A DNA stretch of 64,000 nt from Phoronis australis. Its lineage: Eukaryota > Animalia > Phoronida. The notes below the pieces were generated by a model. The model had not been told where the DNA came from, made no database searches, and saw only the letters and a list, made by a program, of their open reading frames with translations. Positions 1 to 14,500 of the stretch are shown piece after piece. The DNA lies in the NCBI GenBank assembly GCA_002633005.1, contig NMRA01000750.1:62001-126000 (forward strand), in the 5' to 3' direction. Positions within the stretch are counted from its first letter, which is position 1; each line of letters begins with the position of its first letter. The position numbers were made by a program, and so were the translations under genes.

Positions 1-164
1 TAACCTAATTATTACTTAGCAAAAGCCAAGTCTCTTACTTATTTATAAAGTTTGTTTCCTTTTGCATTTTTGTTGCTTTATTTGCGTATTACATGTGGCA
101 TTTCTGATGCGATCCCCAAGATATTTACATGCAAAACGTGTTTTGAGTAGCTTGAGGCCTATTG

Positions 165-775
165 TTTTTGGTTCAAATTGAACACAAAATGGTGCTGTGG
201 TGGCCATTTTTCACTTCGTTTAGCCTTAGCTCAGCTTTACTGGGAGGCATTTTTCTGAAGTTATGTATTTAGAATGTATCTCACCTAGGGCAGCACTATC
301 AGACGTAGGCCATCCATTTTTTCGCTATCGTTTTTAATTTTCTGATGATTGCTCTGTAATTTGTTGAGTTATTGTGTAGTGTCTCTTGTGTCTCTTGACG
401 AATTTATGTGAAATTTGGTTATTGGGTAGGTTCCGTCAAATGCTATCTGGTTGATGTTAACGGTTCCTTGCCCCGACCTAATATTACCAAGATATTCAAG
501 ATTTACTGGTCAGATGACTGTTCTTTTATTGACCTATTCCTTACTACACTTTTGTCGGTCTATCATATTCATGATAAAAATCTTACTGGTTGCATTTTTT
601 ATCTGATCTTATGAAGTTTATGCCGAACATTTGGCTTGTGAATGACTTGTTGTTTTTTGGTTGAAATCGGCACAAGTTGGCGCTGTGGCAGCCATTTTTG
701 GTTTTAGAGACCCATAGCTCTGCTCTTCCTGGAGAGATTTTTCTGAAAAATGGTATGTAGGTAGATCTCATATTT
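165..775. repeat. Degenerate internal direct repeat of a non-autonomous (HINE/Helitron-like) element
   Basis: About 165-285 and 655-775 share TTTTGGTT.AAAT..CACAA..TGG.GCTGTGG..GCCATTTTT...TAGCTC.GC...ATTTTTCTGAA. Confidence 0.4.
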
Positions 776-2505
776 TTTGGGTTTCCCATGTTTGGAGAAT
801 TTCATGATAGTTGTGTGTAAACAGGTAAAATCACAGAATATGAAACTTGAGTACGGTGGGAAATCTTACGAAAGTAGACACGTGAATCTAGATCTGCACG
901 TGTGTAAGTACACTATTTGAATAGAATCGACTGGATAGTGTGTTTACACTTCACAAAGTTGGAATCGGTTTACGTTAAATAGATTTGTAACCACCTCCAC
1001 GAGTAAGTTTAAGTTGAATCGATTTAAGCCAATCCTCTTGCATTTACACCCGCTTCCTAAATTGATTTGAATCTGAAACCCATTTTAAGTCGATGTAAAT
1101 CTTCAGTGTAAACGGGGTATAAGATTACAGTAACCATCAGTAGCAGTGCTCTCCAGTACATACCTTGTAAAGTGTCAAATCTTGACTCGAACATTCTCTG
1201 GGAAAGGATATCTTTCGACACCAGAGAAGTCCCATGGTCCTGTTAGTGAACGCATTTCTTGACGTCATTTCTTAGAGTTTAGAGTCGCAATTCATCGCTT
1301 TGAAGTCCGAAAAGCTGTGGATGTGGATTTGTGAGATGCGGTAAAACCTCACCAATTTTGTACAAATATAATTGGCTTTATTTTAATTGCCCTTATTTCA
1401 TTTGTAAAGTGATTCTATTGTTGTTCTGAAATGCTCACCTTTCTTTGAAAACATTCATTTGGTGGTAGTTTTGCTACAGAACATGAATATGGAAAAGCAT
1501 TTGGTGCGACGAACCTGTCTTGGAAAAATTGATGAAATAAAATTTCAGTTGTCAGACATACTGTATCATAAATTGGAGAGACTTTACTATAATTTTGTTT
1601 TGTAACTAATTCTCATATTTTCTGGTGTCATCAATGCACAATTGGTCACTGAACTGCGGTTATGATTAAGAAGATCTTATGTATTGGTATATGCCAGCTG
1701 CGTATTATGCTGGGTTTTACATCGTGTAATATTATGAAATAGTTATTAAGTTCTATCGGTAACGTCGGACAAATATGTCTGCATAGTGATGGAGGGTTTG
1801 GTTGACATGAGACATGTGGAGTGTCCAACAAGGTGGAAAACCGTCATTGATTAATTTTCATTTAGTGTTAAATTATCAGCTAATGACCTGCATGTTCAAG
1901 TTTAATGCATACAAGATCGATTTGATGGGCATGGCACAAATGTTTGGTTGTCAATGTATTAATTTGTTCTGAAATGTGTAATTATTAGGGGGCTTGATAA
2001 ATATTACTAACTAGTCTACTCGAGACTTTTTACTTTGAGCTGTAAATCACAATATGCAGTGCATACAAATGTTCATTCATTCATTTATTTGTTTCACATT
2101 AGCTAATATATAAAGTGCTGCTAGATCTAAATAATTTTAACGATGTTTTCCGTGAGTGCCCTCGACACATTCACACCACGTTACCACATTCTGTACCTCC
2201 CTTTCATTTACTCTAGAGTCAAATTATGAACGAGCACAATGAGGAGTCGAAACAAAGAGCATTTTGACAAATCATAAGAATGCTTGTAAAATTGAATATC
2301 TTCCATAATTACAAATGTTTCCTAACTTTAATCTATGGTGGTATAGTGCGTACTAAGGGAATCGTGAGAGAAATAGTGTCCAAATTAACATTCCTACTCC
2401 AAACGAGAAGGCCAGAGATGTGGCTGTAACGAGATCGTCCTTCAGTTATTGCAGTCATTACCATTGGATTATTTGTGTTTTATTCGCATGCCTATTCGTT
2501 TACAG

Positions 2506-5500
2506 CCTCAGCTACCTTCGAACCAAGACTTCCATACAACGTCTAACACCATGCCTACGCTATACCACGGAGCTTGGCCTATGGAGAATGGTAAGTCGTC
2601 ACGTACTGTAATGACGTGCCTGACTAGTGGACTGGGTCTGTTGCCAGGCTACTGTTCTACGCTTTCTATAGATATTTTGCTGCTTTTATTGTATGACTGT
2701 ATATTAACGGTGAGGGGAATAAAATGTGCACTCACGTGCACTGTCACGGAGCTTATTCAATAATTTAAATGGTATCTCCATGGGTTTGCGCTATTCAGGC
2801 AGACTTGTCTACGTTGTTCCAGATTCCTTGGTGCTGTCTTAAAAAACGTTTTTGTTTTGTTTTTGGGTCATCATAGGTTTTTACCCTTAACCAATGTTCA
2901 TTGTGTTCATACTCTGTAAAAAAGTCTTTGGTATGAATGAATGTCAGATGAAAGTCATGCAGGCAGGAAAATAATTAAGCAGATCGTACAAGCCGTAACA
3001 GCCGTGTCTAAGTCGTCTAATGCAATTTCCCGTGCCTAAGGCTCTGATCTTGCTCGATTCGTCCATTATAGCCATGAAAGTATGTAATGAATTGGTGCAA
3101 AAAATCGAACAGCTTACACTTTAATGGCAATTGATGGCATGCAATCAAAGCGTGTTTTCTTTTGAGGTGTTCAAGCAACCCCGGTCAACTTGACTTTACT
3201 CAAATCACTAAATTTCACAAACTTTCTGTTATCCTGATCAATTTTCAAGATAACACTCGGTCATTTGTTTACTGGCTGTAATCAGCCACAACCCTTATCT
3301 ACCTCCACGTTTGTCTTTTACATATTTTATTTTCATTAGGCCGATAGTTCGATAGTTCCGTGGATTCTCAAAAGCATCTATTTCACCGCTCAGGTGTTCA
3401 ATTCCTTTACCAAGGCGCTGTGTTGTGGCTCTTATCAACTTGAAACTCGTTAATTGATTACCAATGTGTTCAACACCTGGCCTGCCAGTGCTCTCTCCTT
3501 CAGATATGCTGTTACCTGGCTTGACATGGATTATTGACTAAATTGGTTCTAAGCCTTCAGGCTGTACTTTAACGTCTTGCATTATTCTCAACCTGTCTTT
3601 CGGCCAACCTTTTGGTGATGTGGATAGAACAGGCACTTGAAAAGATGTTAGATTAGTCGATGCTGAAGAATCTCAGCAATTTCGGACAAAAACAATTTTC
3701 AAAATCGTTTTTAATTTCCCAAAGGCTTCAACACTGTTGCGAGTGCCCACAGTTTTTCAAATCATTGTCTGTTGGTATCTATACAACAAAGACTCATTGT
3801 GCCGCTATTTATCATTCATGAAAAAGTAAGAAAATGTCACATGTCTGTCGTATTGTCTCCGTTGCATTTAGGCTTTGTTCTCGCTACTGAAAATTTCTGT
3901 TACTGAATCATGGTGTTGTTAATACATACACTGCATGCCAAAAAATAATCAAACAAAATGACCGAGAATTCCAGATCCCAATACCTGAACGCTACCGTAA
4001 TTCCAGTCAAGACGTCTGAGTGCAAGCATTATTTGCCATCATGATGAGTCATGACGGTCATTGTCCGTCATGATGGGAAAACAAACTTTTGACATGTATG
4101 GTAATGAGAAATCATATTTTCTAGCCTTTTCAGTTGATTTTTCGGAAAAACTCAATGTTCTGCTGGAGAAGCCAATTTTTACAATTAATTCATCGTTAAA
4201 AGTTATTTTACTCATCGTCTGTATTGATTTAGTTGCTGGCATGAGTTAATTTCAAATATTCATTGCTGCTAGGCTGATATCTGTGTATTTAGTAAGTGAG
4301 TGAATCCAATGAATATGAATGGCAAGAGACGAGTAAACGAATTAGATCTCAACTTCCTGTTAATTATGCATGTACATTAAATCACCGGCCATGTGCAAGG
4401 GAATTTGAATTATCTTGAGTGCATTTACTGGACTCTGACGTGACACCTGCAATTAGATAGCTTTAAGTGTCAATGCTCTGTGTTTCGGTTGATTGCGACG
4501 TTTTGTTCGAAGGGATGGGATGGATACAATAAGATCTCACAAATTTTGGACGCAACGTGAGTGTAATTTTATATTGTCATTTTTACATGAAACATGTGCA
4601 ACTCTAAGTGAAGTGCCTCTCCTTGTTCAAGTTTTTTTGCCACAGCTACTGTCAAACAAATTTTGGAAAGCTGTAGGCATTCATATCAACGTTTGAAGCC
4701 CTTGAAAAATGATAAGGGACATTTTGGCGATTATTTTTGACTGAAATAGATGAGATTTTCAGGGCATGGAATCTTCCTCTTTTTTGGTTTCGATTTCCTC
4801 TTATTTGATTTCCAGTTTTCTCTTTTTTGTCTATTTTTTATCTTTATTTTGACATGCAAAAACGCTTATTTCACTTTACTTATGCAACACAAACAATATT
4901 TTTATCACTCAAGCCTATTTATTTTGTGGAACGATATATCACCTGGAATATTTTCCTCTTTTTGTCATTGTTCATTCCAAGCCCTGGATTTTACTATACC
5001 AAAAATAGTGCCATTCAGCATCCATGTTTCAACCTAGCCCGACACAGACACATTACTGGGCATATGGGGAGCCCTGTGTGTCCCGAGTGTGGTACTGACG
5101 TAGAATCTCCTAAACACCTGGTAGAGTCTTGCCCAGCTTTTTATAGGCTAAGGAGCAACCTACTGGATGCCATTGTTACATGCCTACAACATATAGTGCA
5201 TGGCAACAAATGGAAACGTCTGTCCGTTTTCCTAAAGGAGACTGGCAGACTTGAAAACTTTCTTCACGAGGAGCCATAATTGGGGTCTCGTGCCTTTGCT
5301 CAGGTGTTTTGTGCTATAGGCCCAACCATGAGGCCTGTGCACATCTGATGCACCGCAAATGACATCAGACCACCTGCACTGTTTTTTTTTTTTAACCATG
5401 TTTCGGCGCTGTATTTTATTTGCGTAGTCGTTTATTGTTAGACCTTCTCAACAGAATACGTCATTTACAGGATAAATGAAAACAAAGAATTAAAATACGA

Positions 5501-8500
5501 TATTGTATAAGAACTAATGTCCTTTAGTCGGGAGCCTCAATTAATATAACTTGTTCATAAATGGATCGCTGATTTTTTTAATAGTTAGCATGTGCCTACT
5601 GGAATAAGCAATGCAACCTGTTTTTTAGCTTTGCGAGTCGGGGAGAGTAGAAAGCGCGTTTGAGTTTCAATTCTGTTCCTGTAATAGTCACACCAGAGTT
5701 TCAAGATCTCTTCGATAACATGTATCAAACTGGGAAAGTGAAGAAGCGTGCCAAGAATACTTTGTACTACTATCTGTTTTTGTTTCAGTCCCGATGCGAC
5801 ACTCTGCCCCTGGCCCTTATCAAGAGACCTCTAGTGTCATGAGCTTCAACTCCAGCACAGGCTCACTCGGTTCCCGTGGCAACAAACATGGGTCCCACCA
5901 CTACCCACAACAGCAGCTGGGCACAAAGGTGATTGACAGAAGAGTTTGATGTAATGTTGCGTAATTTCAGATTTAAAATACTCGAATTTACCAATGGAAA
6001 TTTAGTGTTTGAACTTTGGAATTATTTTCACGCACCTTGAAACTAAGCTGTTGTTGACTTAAGTTTTTTGACAACATTTGAAATGGGTCACCTGATCACC
6101 TTGGTCAAGATCGCATGTGTCATCTGCTCATAGAGAGCGGTACAATAAAAATTTAATTATTTTGCCCAAGGTTGGAGCTTGTACCAAATTCTACAAATAG
6201 GCAAGATTGGCCGTCCCAAAATTTGCGAACTACAATAAAAACGAATTTCGCATTGGCAGCTATTTTCGGCAGTTTTATCTCTGACTTCATTGACACTAAG
6301 CACAATGTCCGAGAAACATGGTAAACACTAACTTGCCTAAGACAAATGCGATCCAGACTTTTAAAATATAATTCTCGTTACATCGTATGGAAAGCGGTGT
6401 GTCGAATGTTTCTTAACCCATGATGTTTGTCTATGTTTCAGGTGGAGATGGTATACTCATTATTGTCCATGCTTGGTACGCATGATAAAGATGACATGAG
6501 TCGCACATTACTTGCCATGTCCAGCTCACAGGACAGTTGTATCGCTATGAGGCAGTCAGGTGAGATGATATGTGGTGCACTTATTTTTATGAATTTTCAA
6601 ATAATAAAATATCCTTCACCTATGGAAATGTGAGTTAGTTATTTTCAAACTTCTGCTAATGAAGGATGATGAAAAAATTTCAGACTGGGATCCCCTTATT
6701 GAATCTTTCTCGCTCTAGTTAGTCATTTACCTCGTATAGTTGCAGATTTATCGTTTTACTTATTTTATTGTGACTTTAGGAGCAACATTGTTGAAAAGAA
6801 GATCCGATAAATTCCCGCGGGAGTTAGAAGGCCCACGAAATTCAATAAGCTCATGTTGATGACACAGACTGTGTAAAAAGATGGAGCAGGCAGGGGTTTG
6901 ATGCAGCTGTGTCAACAGATGGATGTGTTTTGAACTAACATATTAATTTTAATATCTGATGGTCAAATGAAGAACACATACTTACGTGTTGTTTTGCTAT
7001 TCAGACATACTCGACCTTCACCTTTTGTAGGTTGTTTGCCGCTGTTGATCCAGCTGTTGCATGGCAATGATAAGGATTCTGGGTTGCTAGGCAACACGCG
7101 GGGAAGCAAGGCAGCGAGGGCTCGCGCAGCCGCAGCGCTGCACAACATCGTGCACTCTCATCCAGATGACAAAAGGGGGCGACGTGAGGCACGGGTGCTA
7201 CGACTGTTGGAGCAAATTCGTGCACATTGTGACAAGCTGCGGGAGCCTGATTCAGATGAAGAGGAAAATGACGTTGATGGCAAAAGGTCGCGACCTGGAT
7301 CAGCGAGTAAGTGAAATTTTAGAAAAAAAACAGCATTGTATTTTAAGCAGAGCTTTATGTTGTTGTGAAGTCGGTTCAGACTTGAAAAATTATGCCTTTG
7401 GGAACAGGTGTGGACTGTGGTGATTTTGAATGTATTCCAGTGACACGGTTCAATTTCCTTTAGAAAATATGCATAGTTAGACTGGCGTTTCAGCTAGTAA
7501 TTTTCTGACTTGGTGGCAGGACAATTTCCATACCGTCGAAGTTGCTTGTCACGGTTTCAGACGCCAAGGCAGTAGAGGCGTTGGTGGAATTCCCAGCGAT
7601 TTATTGTTATCAATTTCAATTCCAAAAACTATGGCGACGCAATGTCCTTGCTTTGGGATTCGAGCAAATATGCCTCGAATTAAGTTTGATATTTTTTATA
7701 TAACAGAGGTTATAATGGCTTTAATTTAAATGTAAATTTAATATCGCTGAAAGGGTTTCATTTTATTCATTTCAGCATCTAAATCTGGTGACATTGACCA
7801 CCATCCTGGGCCAGCCATTGCCGCTTTGATGAAACTGTCTTTTGATGAGGAACACAGGCATGCTATCTGCACCCTGGGTAAGTTGTCGTCAAGTGGGACC
7901 TCCAGTTTATTTTAAAGTAGTCATTAATTGGTAATCAAAAACTAATTATTGGAATATGTTTTGTGATTTGTTTTAGTAAATAGGTTATGATGCAATGGAG
8001 ATTAATTGTAACTAACATTTTAAGTCTGGTCTACATGAATTGTAAGTATATGGAAATGCTTCGTAAATAGAAATGTCAAAACTTTAATTTGATATTTTTG
8101 GGACACTTTTTAGTTCGCCAAATTCAGTTTGGAATGTCTTATTGCTGTAAATTAAGAAATTTTTACTTCTCCGATTCTCTTCAAAATGTACCATGTCGAA
8201 AATACTTTACAATTGTGTAGATTCCGTCTCGTATTTTGCCAAAAAAACCTTATTAGTTATTTATAAGTCACTGAGAACCAGCAGAGACCTCTTGTATGAT
8301 TTTATCATAAACTTTTGAACACAAGACAATTATTACATTCCTTTTGAATAAGGGGGCTAAATATTCTTAGATATGGGACAACAAATTTTCTAATTGCCAT
8401 GTTTCAGACGCTGCATTTCATCTGACACTTGCAGCTTCATTTAAGACGTTAAGTTTTTGTGGTTTCTTTACCCAGCATTCCCACTACTTCCTGTTTTGTT

Positions 8501-11500
8501 GTTTGTTCCAGGGGGCCTGCAAGCCATCGCTGAGCTGCTGCAAGTCGATACAGATTCCAATGGCAACACGACTGAACAATACAACGTGACTATGAGGCGG
8601 TACGCCTGCATGGCGCTCACTAATTTGACGTTTGGTGATGGTACCAACAAGGCTCTGCTGTGCTCCATGAAGCAGTGTCTGCGAGCCATAGTTCTCCAAT
8701 TACTGTCTCCCAATGAAGATTTGTGTCAGGTGGCAGCCAGCGTACTACGTAACCTCTCGTGGAGGGCCGACCTGGCCAGCAAGAAAATGTTGCGGGAGGT
8801 TGACACCGTCTCGGTGCTTATGGAGGCGGCCTTGGCTGTCAAAAAGGAGTCGACGTTGAAGAGCATACTCAGCGCGTTGTGGAATCTGTCAGCGCATTGC
8901 AGTGAAAACAAGGCTGATATTTGCGCTGTAGTCGGTGCACTTGCGTTCTTAGTCAGCACGCTGACTTATAAAAGCCCCTCAAAGACGCTAGCCATCATTG
9001 AGAATGGCGGAGGGATTCTACGCAATGTCTCCAGCCATATTGCCATACGGGAGGATTACCGCGACGTGCTACGTAGTCACAACTGTCTCCAGTTGCTGTT
9101 GAAACACCTGCGCTCCCCTAGCTTGACCATCGTTAGCAACGCGTGTGGAACGCTGTGGAATTTGTCAGCACGTTGCGCTGAGGATCAGCAAGCTCTCTGG
9201 GAGCTTGGTGCTGTCAGCATGCTGAGGAACCTCGTCCATTCGAAACACAAGATGATATCCATGGGTAGTGCGGCTGCCTTGAAGAACTTGCTGGCAGCCA
9301 AACCAAACATTTCCCTCGACGATAAACAAAAGGTGGGCATGCCTATGTTGCATGTGCGCAAGCAAAAGGCATTAGAAGCTGAGCTGGATCAAAACCTGTC
9401 AGAAACATGTGAAAATCTAGAAAGCCCTCAGCCAAGTCCAATAGAGACCCGGAAATCCGAAGCACCACGATACAATTACAGTAGCGAAACGAGCGGTGTT
9501 TATGCCGTAGGAGATACAGAGCGTCACCCGAGGTCAATGATGAGGTCTCTGTTATACAGACACACAATGAGTGGGGATAGCTCTCCGGTGATGGAGAATA
9601 AATTCAGGTCACCGATTCGGTCGGTATCGAGATCGGGTAGTCAAGACAGTGTTGGTAGTGTGCATTCGGACATTTCTCACGATCGCTCTCGTGTCAACAG
9701 CATGCTGGCCCGCAGCTCCAAGCTGCTGCAGTCAGCCAGTTTTGAGCGGCGGAGAGATGGTTCCTTCACCCGCTATGGAGATGGAGTGGAACGTAAACCC
9801 AGTAGGATCGAGCGCATAATGCAAGAAGTTGCAATGCATGCTGGTATAGACAGTTCTAGTGCGTTTGATTCCACTGGTGGCGAGGACAATGCAAAGCGTA
9901 GTGTGGGCCAGGAGAATAAAAATCTCAGTGTTGAAAAATACTCAAACTTACATCAGAAGATGGAGAGCCTTAACTTAAACCATGAAAGTGATGAACAGCC
10001 GTTGAACTATAGTTTGAAATATGCATCTGCAGAAAATAACATGCCAGCAAGTCAGAACAGTAATGTAAGTGGTGAAAATTCTAGGCCGGTTGCAAAAATC
10101 GGAAACTATGTTGGTGCTTCTGTGAACGGATCGTCTGCATTTGGAATGACACCGCAAGGATCTCCTATGATTCAAAGGAGTTTCGAGCGTAAAGAGTGCA
10201 ATATTAACGGAAACTCTAATGTTGGGGGCAACCCAGTGAAGTTCTCAAGCTACCGCGAGACAGACATTGACACAATGGATGAGCGTCCAACCAATTTTAG
10301 TCTTCAGTACAGTGAGGCCGATGAGTCGTCGGCGGCAATGGAGGAACCGACGAACTACAGCGTACGTTATCGCGAACCAGCCAGCAGCTGTGCCGACTGT
10401 AAAGTCGAGGGTCGTCATCAGCATGTTCAGCACTCTGTAAATGTTAACTTGTACAATGACCAAAATGACTTCTGTGGCGAGGACACTATGAAGACCTTTT
10501 GTACCGAGGGTACGCCACTCAATTTCATGTCAACGGCGACCTCTATTAGCGATCTGAGTGCCAAGCCCAATGGCAGCGATTCTCGTGCGGAAGAGAGGCT
10601 TGCACAGGTGAATGAGGACAACCATGGTGATGGCGCTGACGAGGTCAAGGACTTCTCGACGTGTTACTCAGAGAGTGAGAGACTGAGTGGATGTGGTAGC
10701 TTCCAGACGGGATCAACTGTTGTCAAAACTGAGAATAATGTTGAAAAGCAGGAGAAAAAACCCAAGAAAGAGGTGAGATTGCCTGTTCCAACTAAACAGG
10801 AGACTGCCCCTGTGGCCCCTGGCCCTCTGCATGGTTACACAGACAGTAGCCTGAGCAGTCCCAGGGATAAGCCTGTTGTTTATGGTGTTGAAGGGACACC
10901 GACATGCTTCTCACGAGTGAGCTCACTCAGTAGTCTGCACACAAATGATGCCGAGGAACCCAGTGAGGCTAGATCACAACTTGTTGGCCCAGCTGCAAGT
11001 GACACGTCTAATCCTAGCCACGAACCTTACATGTCTACCATCACAACAGGGGAAAAGTCTCCTACAGCTGACGTGGGCTATGACCGAGATCAAAAGACCG
11101 TCACGTTTGACGAGCTGGTGCAGGAGACGCCATTGATGTTCTCCCGCTGCAGTAGCTTAGGATCTCTTGCCAGCTGCGAGGAACACTCAATCCACAGTTC
11201 TATACCGAGCGAGTACAGCACACGACGCACCAGCGAAGTGGTCTCCCCCAGCGATCTGCCTGACTCTCCCAGCCAGACAATGCCACCAAGTCCGAAACGA
11301 AAAGAGGCACCAGTGAAATTTGAAGGTGGCCCTCTGGATTCACCCTTGCCGCCATCTTCCCAAGCGCCTGAAGACAAGACATTACCCATCAATCTTTCAC
11401 GAGCTCCCGTGGAAGCGAATGCGCTTTCTGACCTATTCCGTGACACACTAGTATCTTATGCTTTCGAAGGTTCGCAAGGCTCCGAAGTGAGTAGTCTCAG

Positions 11501-14500
11501 TGCCCTGACTATTGATGATGAACCAAAGATCAAGAAAGACATTGGACTAAAGCCACAAGCTAGTGCCATCAAGAACCAACCCAATGTGTCCTCGTCTATA
11601 ATAGAGGAGAATTCGTCACTGTCTGAAGGTGATGAAGACATGCTAATTGAGTGTATCAATTCGGGAATGCCTGCTTCGAGCAAGAAAAAGATGAAGCGTA
11701 GCCAATCGGATAACGTCATCAAGAAGAAGTCCTCGTCATCACAGTCCAAGCTCAACCAAATCGCTCGAGGGTCTCGCACATCATCGCGTATGAATAACAA
11801 AGCCGGATTTGGCTCTGCACCCACGAACTTTGCGCCGAGGCCATCCGGCATAGTGGCTCCTCAGTCACGCCTGTCAATGTCCAAACTGCCATCTCATGCT
11901 TCCAGTGCCCCATCACGTGTCGCTCATCTTGCTCACAGCCCACAGTCTCGCACACCACCACCACCTTCACACCTCCAACACATGAACCACCGCAGTGTGT
12001 CGCAGCCACATGCCACTTCCAGCAATCTCCCTCGTCCTAGCAGTACATCCAAACTGTCTGGTACGTTTGCAGCTTCACAAATACGTCGCCCAACCAGTGC
12101 GTCCAAGCTACGATCTCGTGACGATGATTATGCTCAAGATAGCCTCAAGAAGTACTCGACCGCCGAGACCCCATTCAGCCAGCAACAGGCCATTGGTCAA
12201 ATTGGCGTTAAGCAAGGGCAGGACTCTCAGCCTCCTATTCAGTCAGCTAGACCAGCTCCAAGATTTAATAACCTAGCCAAGGGTCTCTCCAGTGCAGTGG
12301 TGTCACCACAGAGGGCCCAGCGCAATGTTGGACGCCAACCAGCCCACACTAGACCAAACTTCTACTCCAATGATGATTATATGCCAGACACGGTCAAGAC
12401 ATTTGCCACTGAGGGTAAGTCAGTAGACTGCTGTTATGGGAGACTTGATATTCCGTGGGCGGTGCTAATGAAGAAATGATCCCTTTTTGTTGTATATTTA
12501 GCAGCATGAGGAATTCATGGGCTAAACATTTCATTTGATAACCCTGCATGCATGTATTGTGCAGGTCTTACTCATGTCACCTGAAGGAATTTGAGCTCTC
12601 TATTGGTAGTAAGTTAATGTTACAAATTGACATGCAGTGTGAAATTTAGGCTTGTACTTTATGTTTTGCAACTAATGCTAATATGCCAACACACAAACAT
12701 CAAAAAAGTGATAAATGAACAAAAGCTGCTTGTAGTTTTAAATATGAATCTAAACCTTTTTATCACTAAGTTTACTTGTCATCTTGTGGGTGAATAGACT
12801 TTTAGAGCTGATGGTTATTGATTTGGTTTTTTTCTTTCATCAGTTACCGCTAAGCAACTAACACATCTTTGTTTGCTTCATTCCCTTGGTTTTGTTGCAG
12901 GCACACCCCTTAATTTCTCCACCGCCACCTCCCTCAGTGACCTAAGCGCAATTGTTGATGACAACAAGCCCGAACTGTCTGGCCAGCTTCACAGCGGTGG
13001 TGATGGAAAGCCAGCTACTACGGCGCCGCTAGCAACGAATAATACAAAGGACAATGTTGCTTCTGACACCAGCTCCATCTCGGATGGAGAGGACTTGCTG
13101 TCAGAGGTAAATAATGTAGTTCCTGCATTAACCACTAGGTAGCGACCACCAGTGACCTCTGTCTGGTTGTGGCAGCAACTTCGCTTCGTGGAAAAACACC
13201 GAAAGTGTTGCTCTATTTGCCATGAGCGCTTTGAGTTAAAAGCCATTGCTCTGGAAGTTCTTCATTGGATACTTTGTTTTTGCATGACCTTCAGTACACT
13301 CCAGAAGTATTCAGACAAAATGATGTGCAATTCCCCATCACGACAGCTGGAAGCAAGACATTCTTTGTCTTAGTGGCCTTCTGTCGTGACCAGGCGAATG
13401 AAAGGGAATATACCAATAAGTTGGCACATTGGAAATGCTGCAGGGAATCGGTCATTGCCAGTTACTTTAGCTGCAAAGGCAAATGAGTATTTTGTCTTGT
13501 TAGTTTTGGATTGTACTGTTCTGTTACTGAGTGATATCAGTTGTGTTTGTAGATTCTGCCATCGGTATTCTTGATTGGAAAGGGATAGTACAGGTGCTAA
13601 ATGAATGCAATAAATGAAAATCTGTTTCTAATTTCAGGTCATTCAGTCTGCCATGCCTAAGAAGGTGGTTGCCAACAAGAGGCAGTCGGCAGATGGTTCT
13701 GAGAGAAAAGAGGCCAAGCCTGCACCACTCTCTGCAGTGTCACCTCTTGACGTGAAGCCATCGCCTGCTACAGTCGTGTCAGCCTGGCAGTTTCAGCCTC
13801 AGAGGACGTCTAGTGCCAAATGCCCCATCATCAACCAAGACACTGTGAAGACTTTCATGACTGAGGGAACACCAATCAATTTTTCAACAGCAACTTCCCT
13901 GAGTGATTTGACTGTTGACGATATGTGCGACATTGGGCCCAAGAACGGAAATGCTGTTTTGAAAGTATCTGGTAATCCAACAGCGTTGAAGCAAAATGAT
14001 AGTTTTAAAGAGCCTCTCGATGACTCTGTGTTCATCCAAAGTCATTCTTATGACTCGCCACGTGTTTACGCTGTGGAGGGTACGCCATATTCTGTCTCAC
14101 GCCATGATTCACTTAGCTCACTAAGTAATGACGAAGAAGGTGGCTTCGAAAAAGTCAAGCCTCTTGTTAAGAAATCCACTCCTAGTGTGGAGTTGAAGAC
14201 ATCAGCAACATCATCACCAAAGCAGCTTGCTGCCAAGAAACCTGAAAATCAAACTGTGGCACATCTTTCTGGTCATAACAAAAAGCGCACAGAATCGCAA
14301 CAGCAGCCGGCCAATGGAAATGCGGATTATGTAGAGCAAAAAAATCTTGATGATCAGCCTAGAAATTTCGCCATGGAAGGCACGCCCATGTGCTTCTCTC
14401 GTAACTCTTCACTCAGTTCTTTGAATAGCGATGACCATGAGGCCATGGCCACTTCAAACATTTCGAATATCGAGAGAAGCCAATCCGATCAAAAGGATCA

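Noticed and set aside
813-1118. Repeated GTGTAAAC/GTTTACAC motifs
   Set aside because: Probably a decayed DNA-transposon end, but I could not define both termini or a TSD.
8457-8511. N-terminus of the 1340-aa ORF and its tail 12415-12479
   Set aside because: Intronic read-through; the real exon is 8512-12414 by splice sites and homology.
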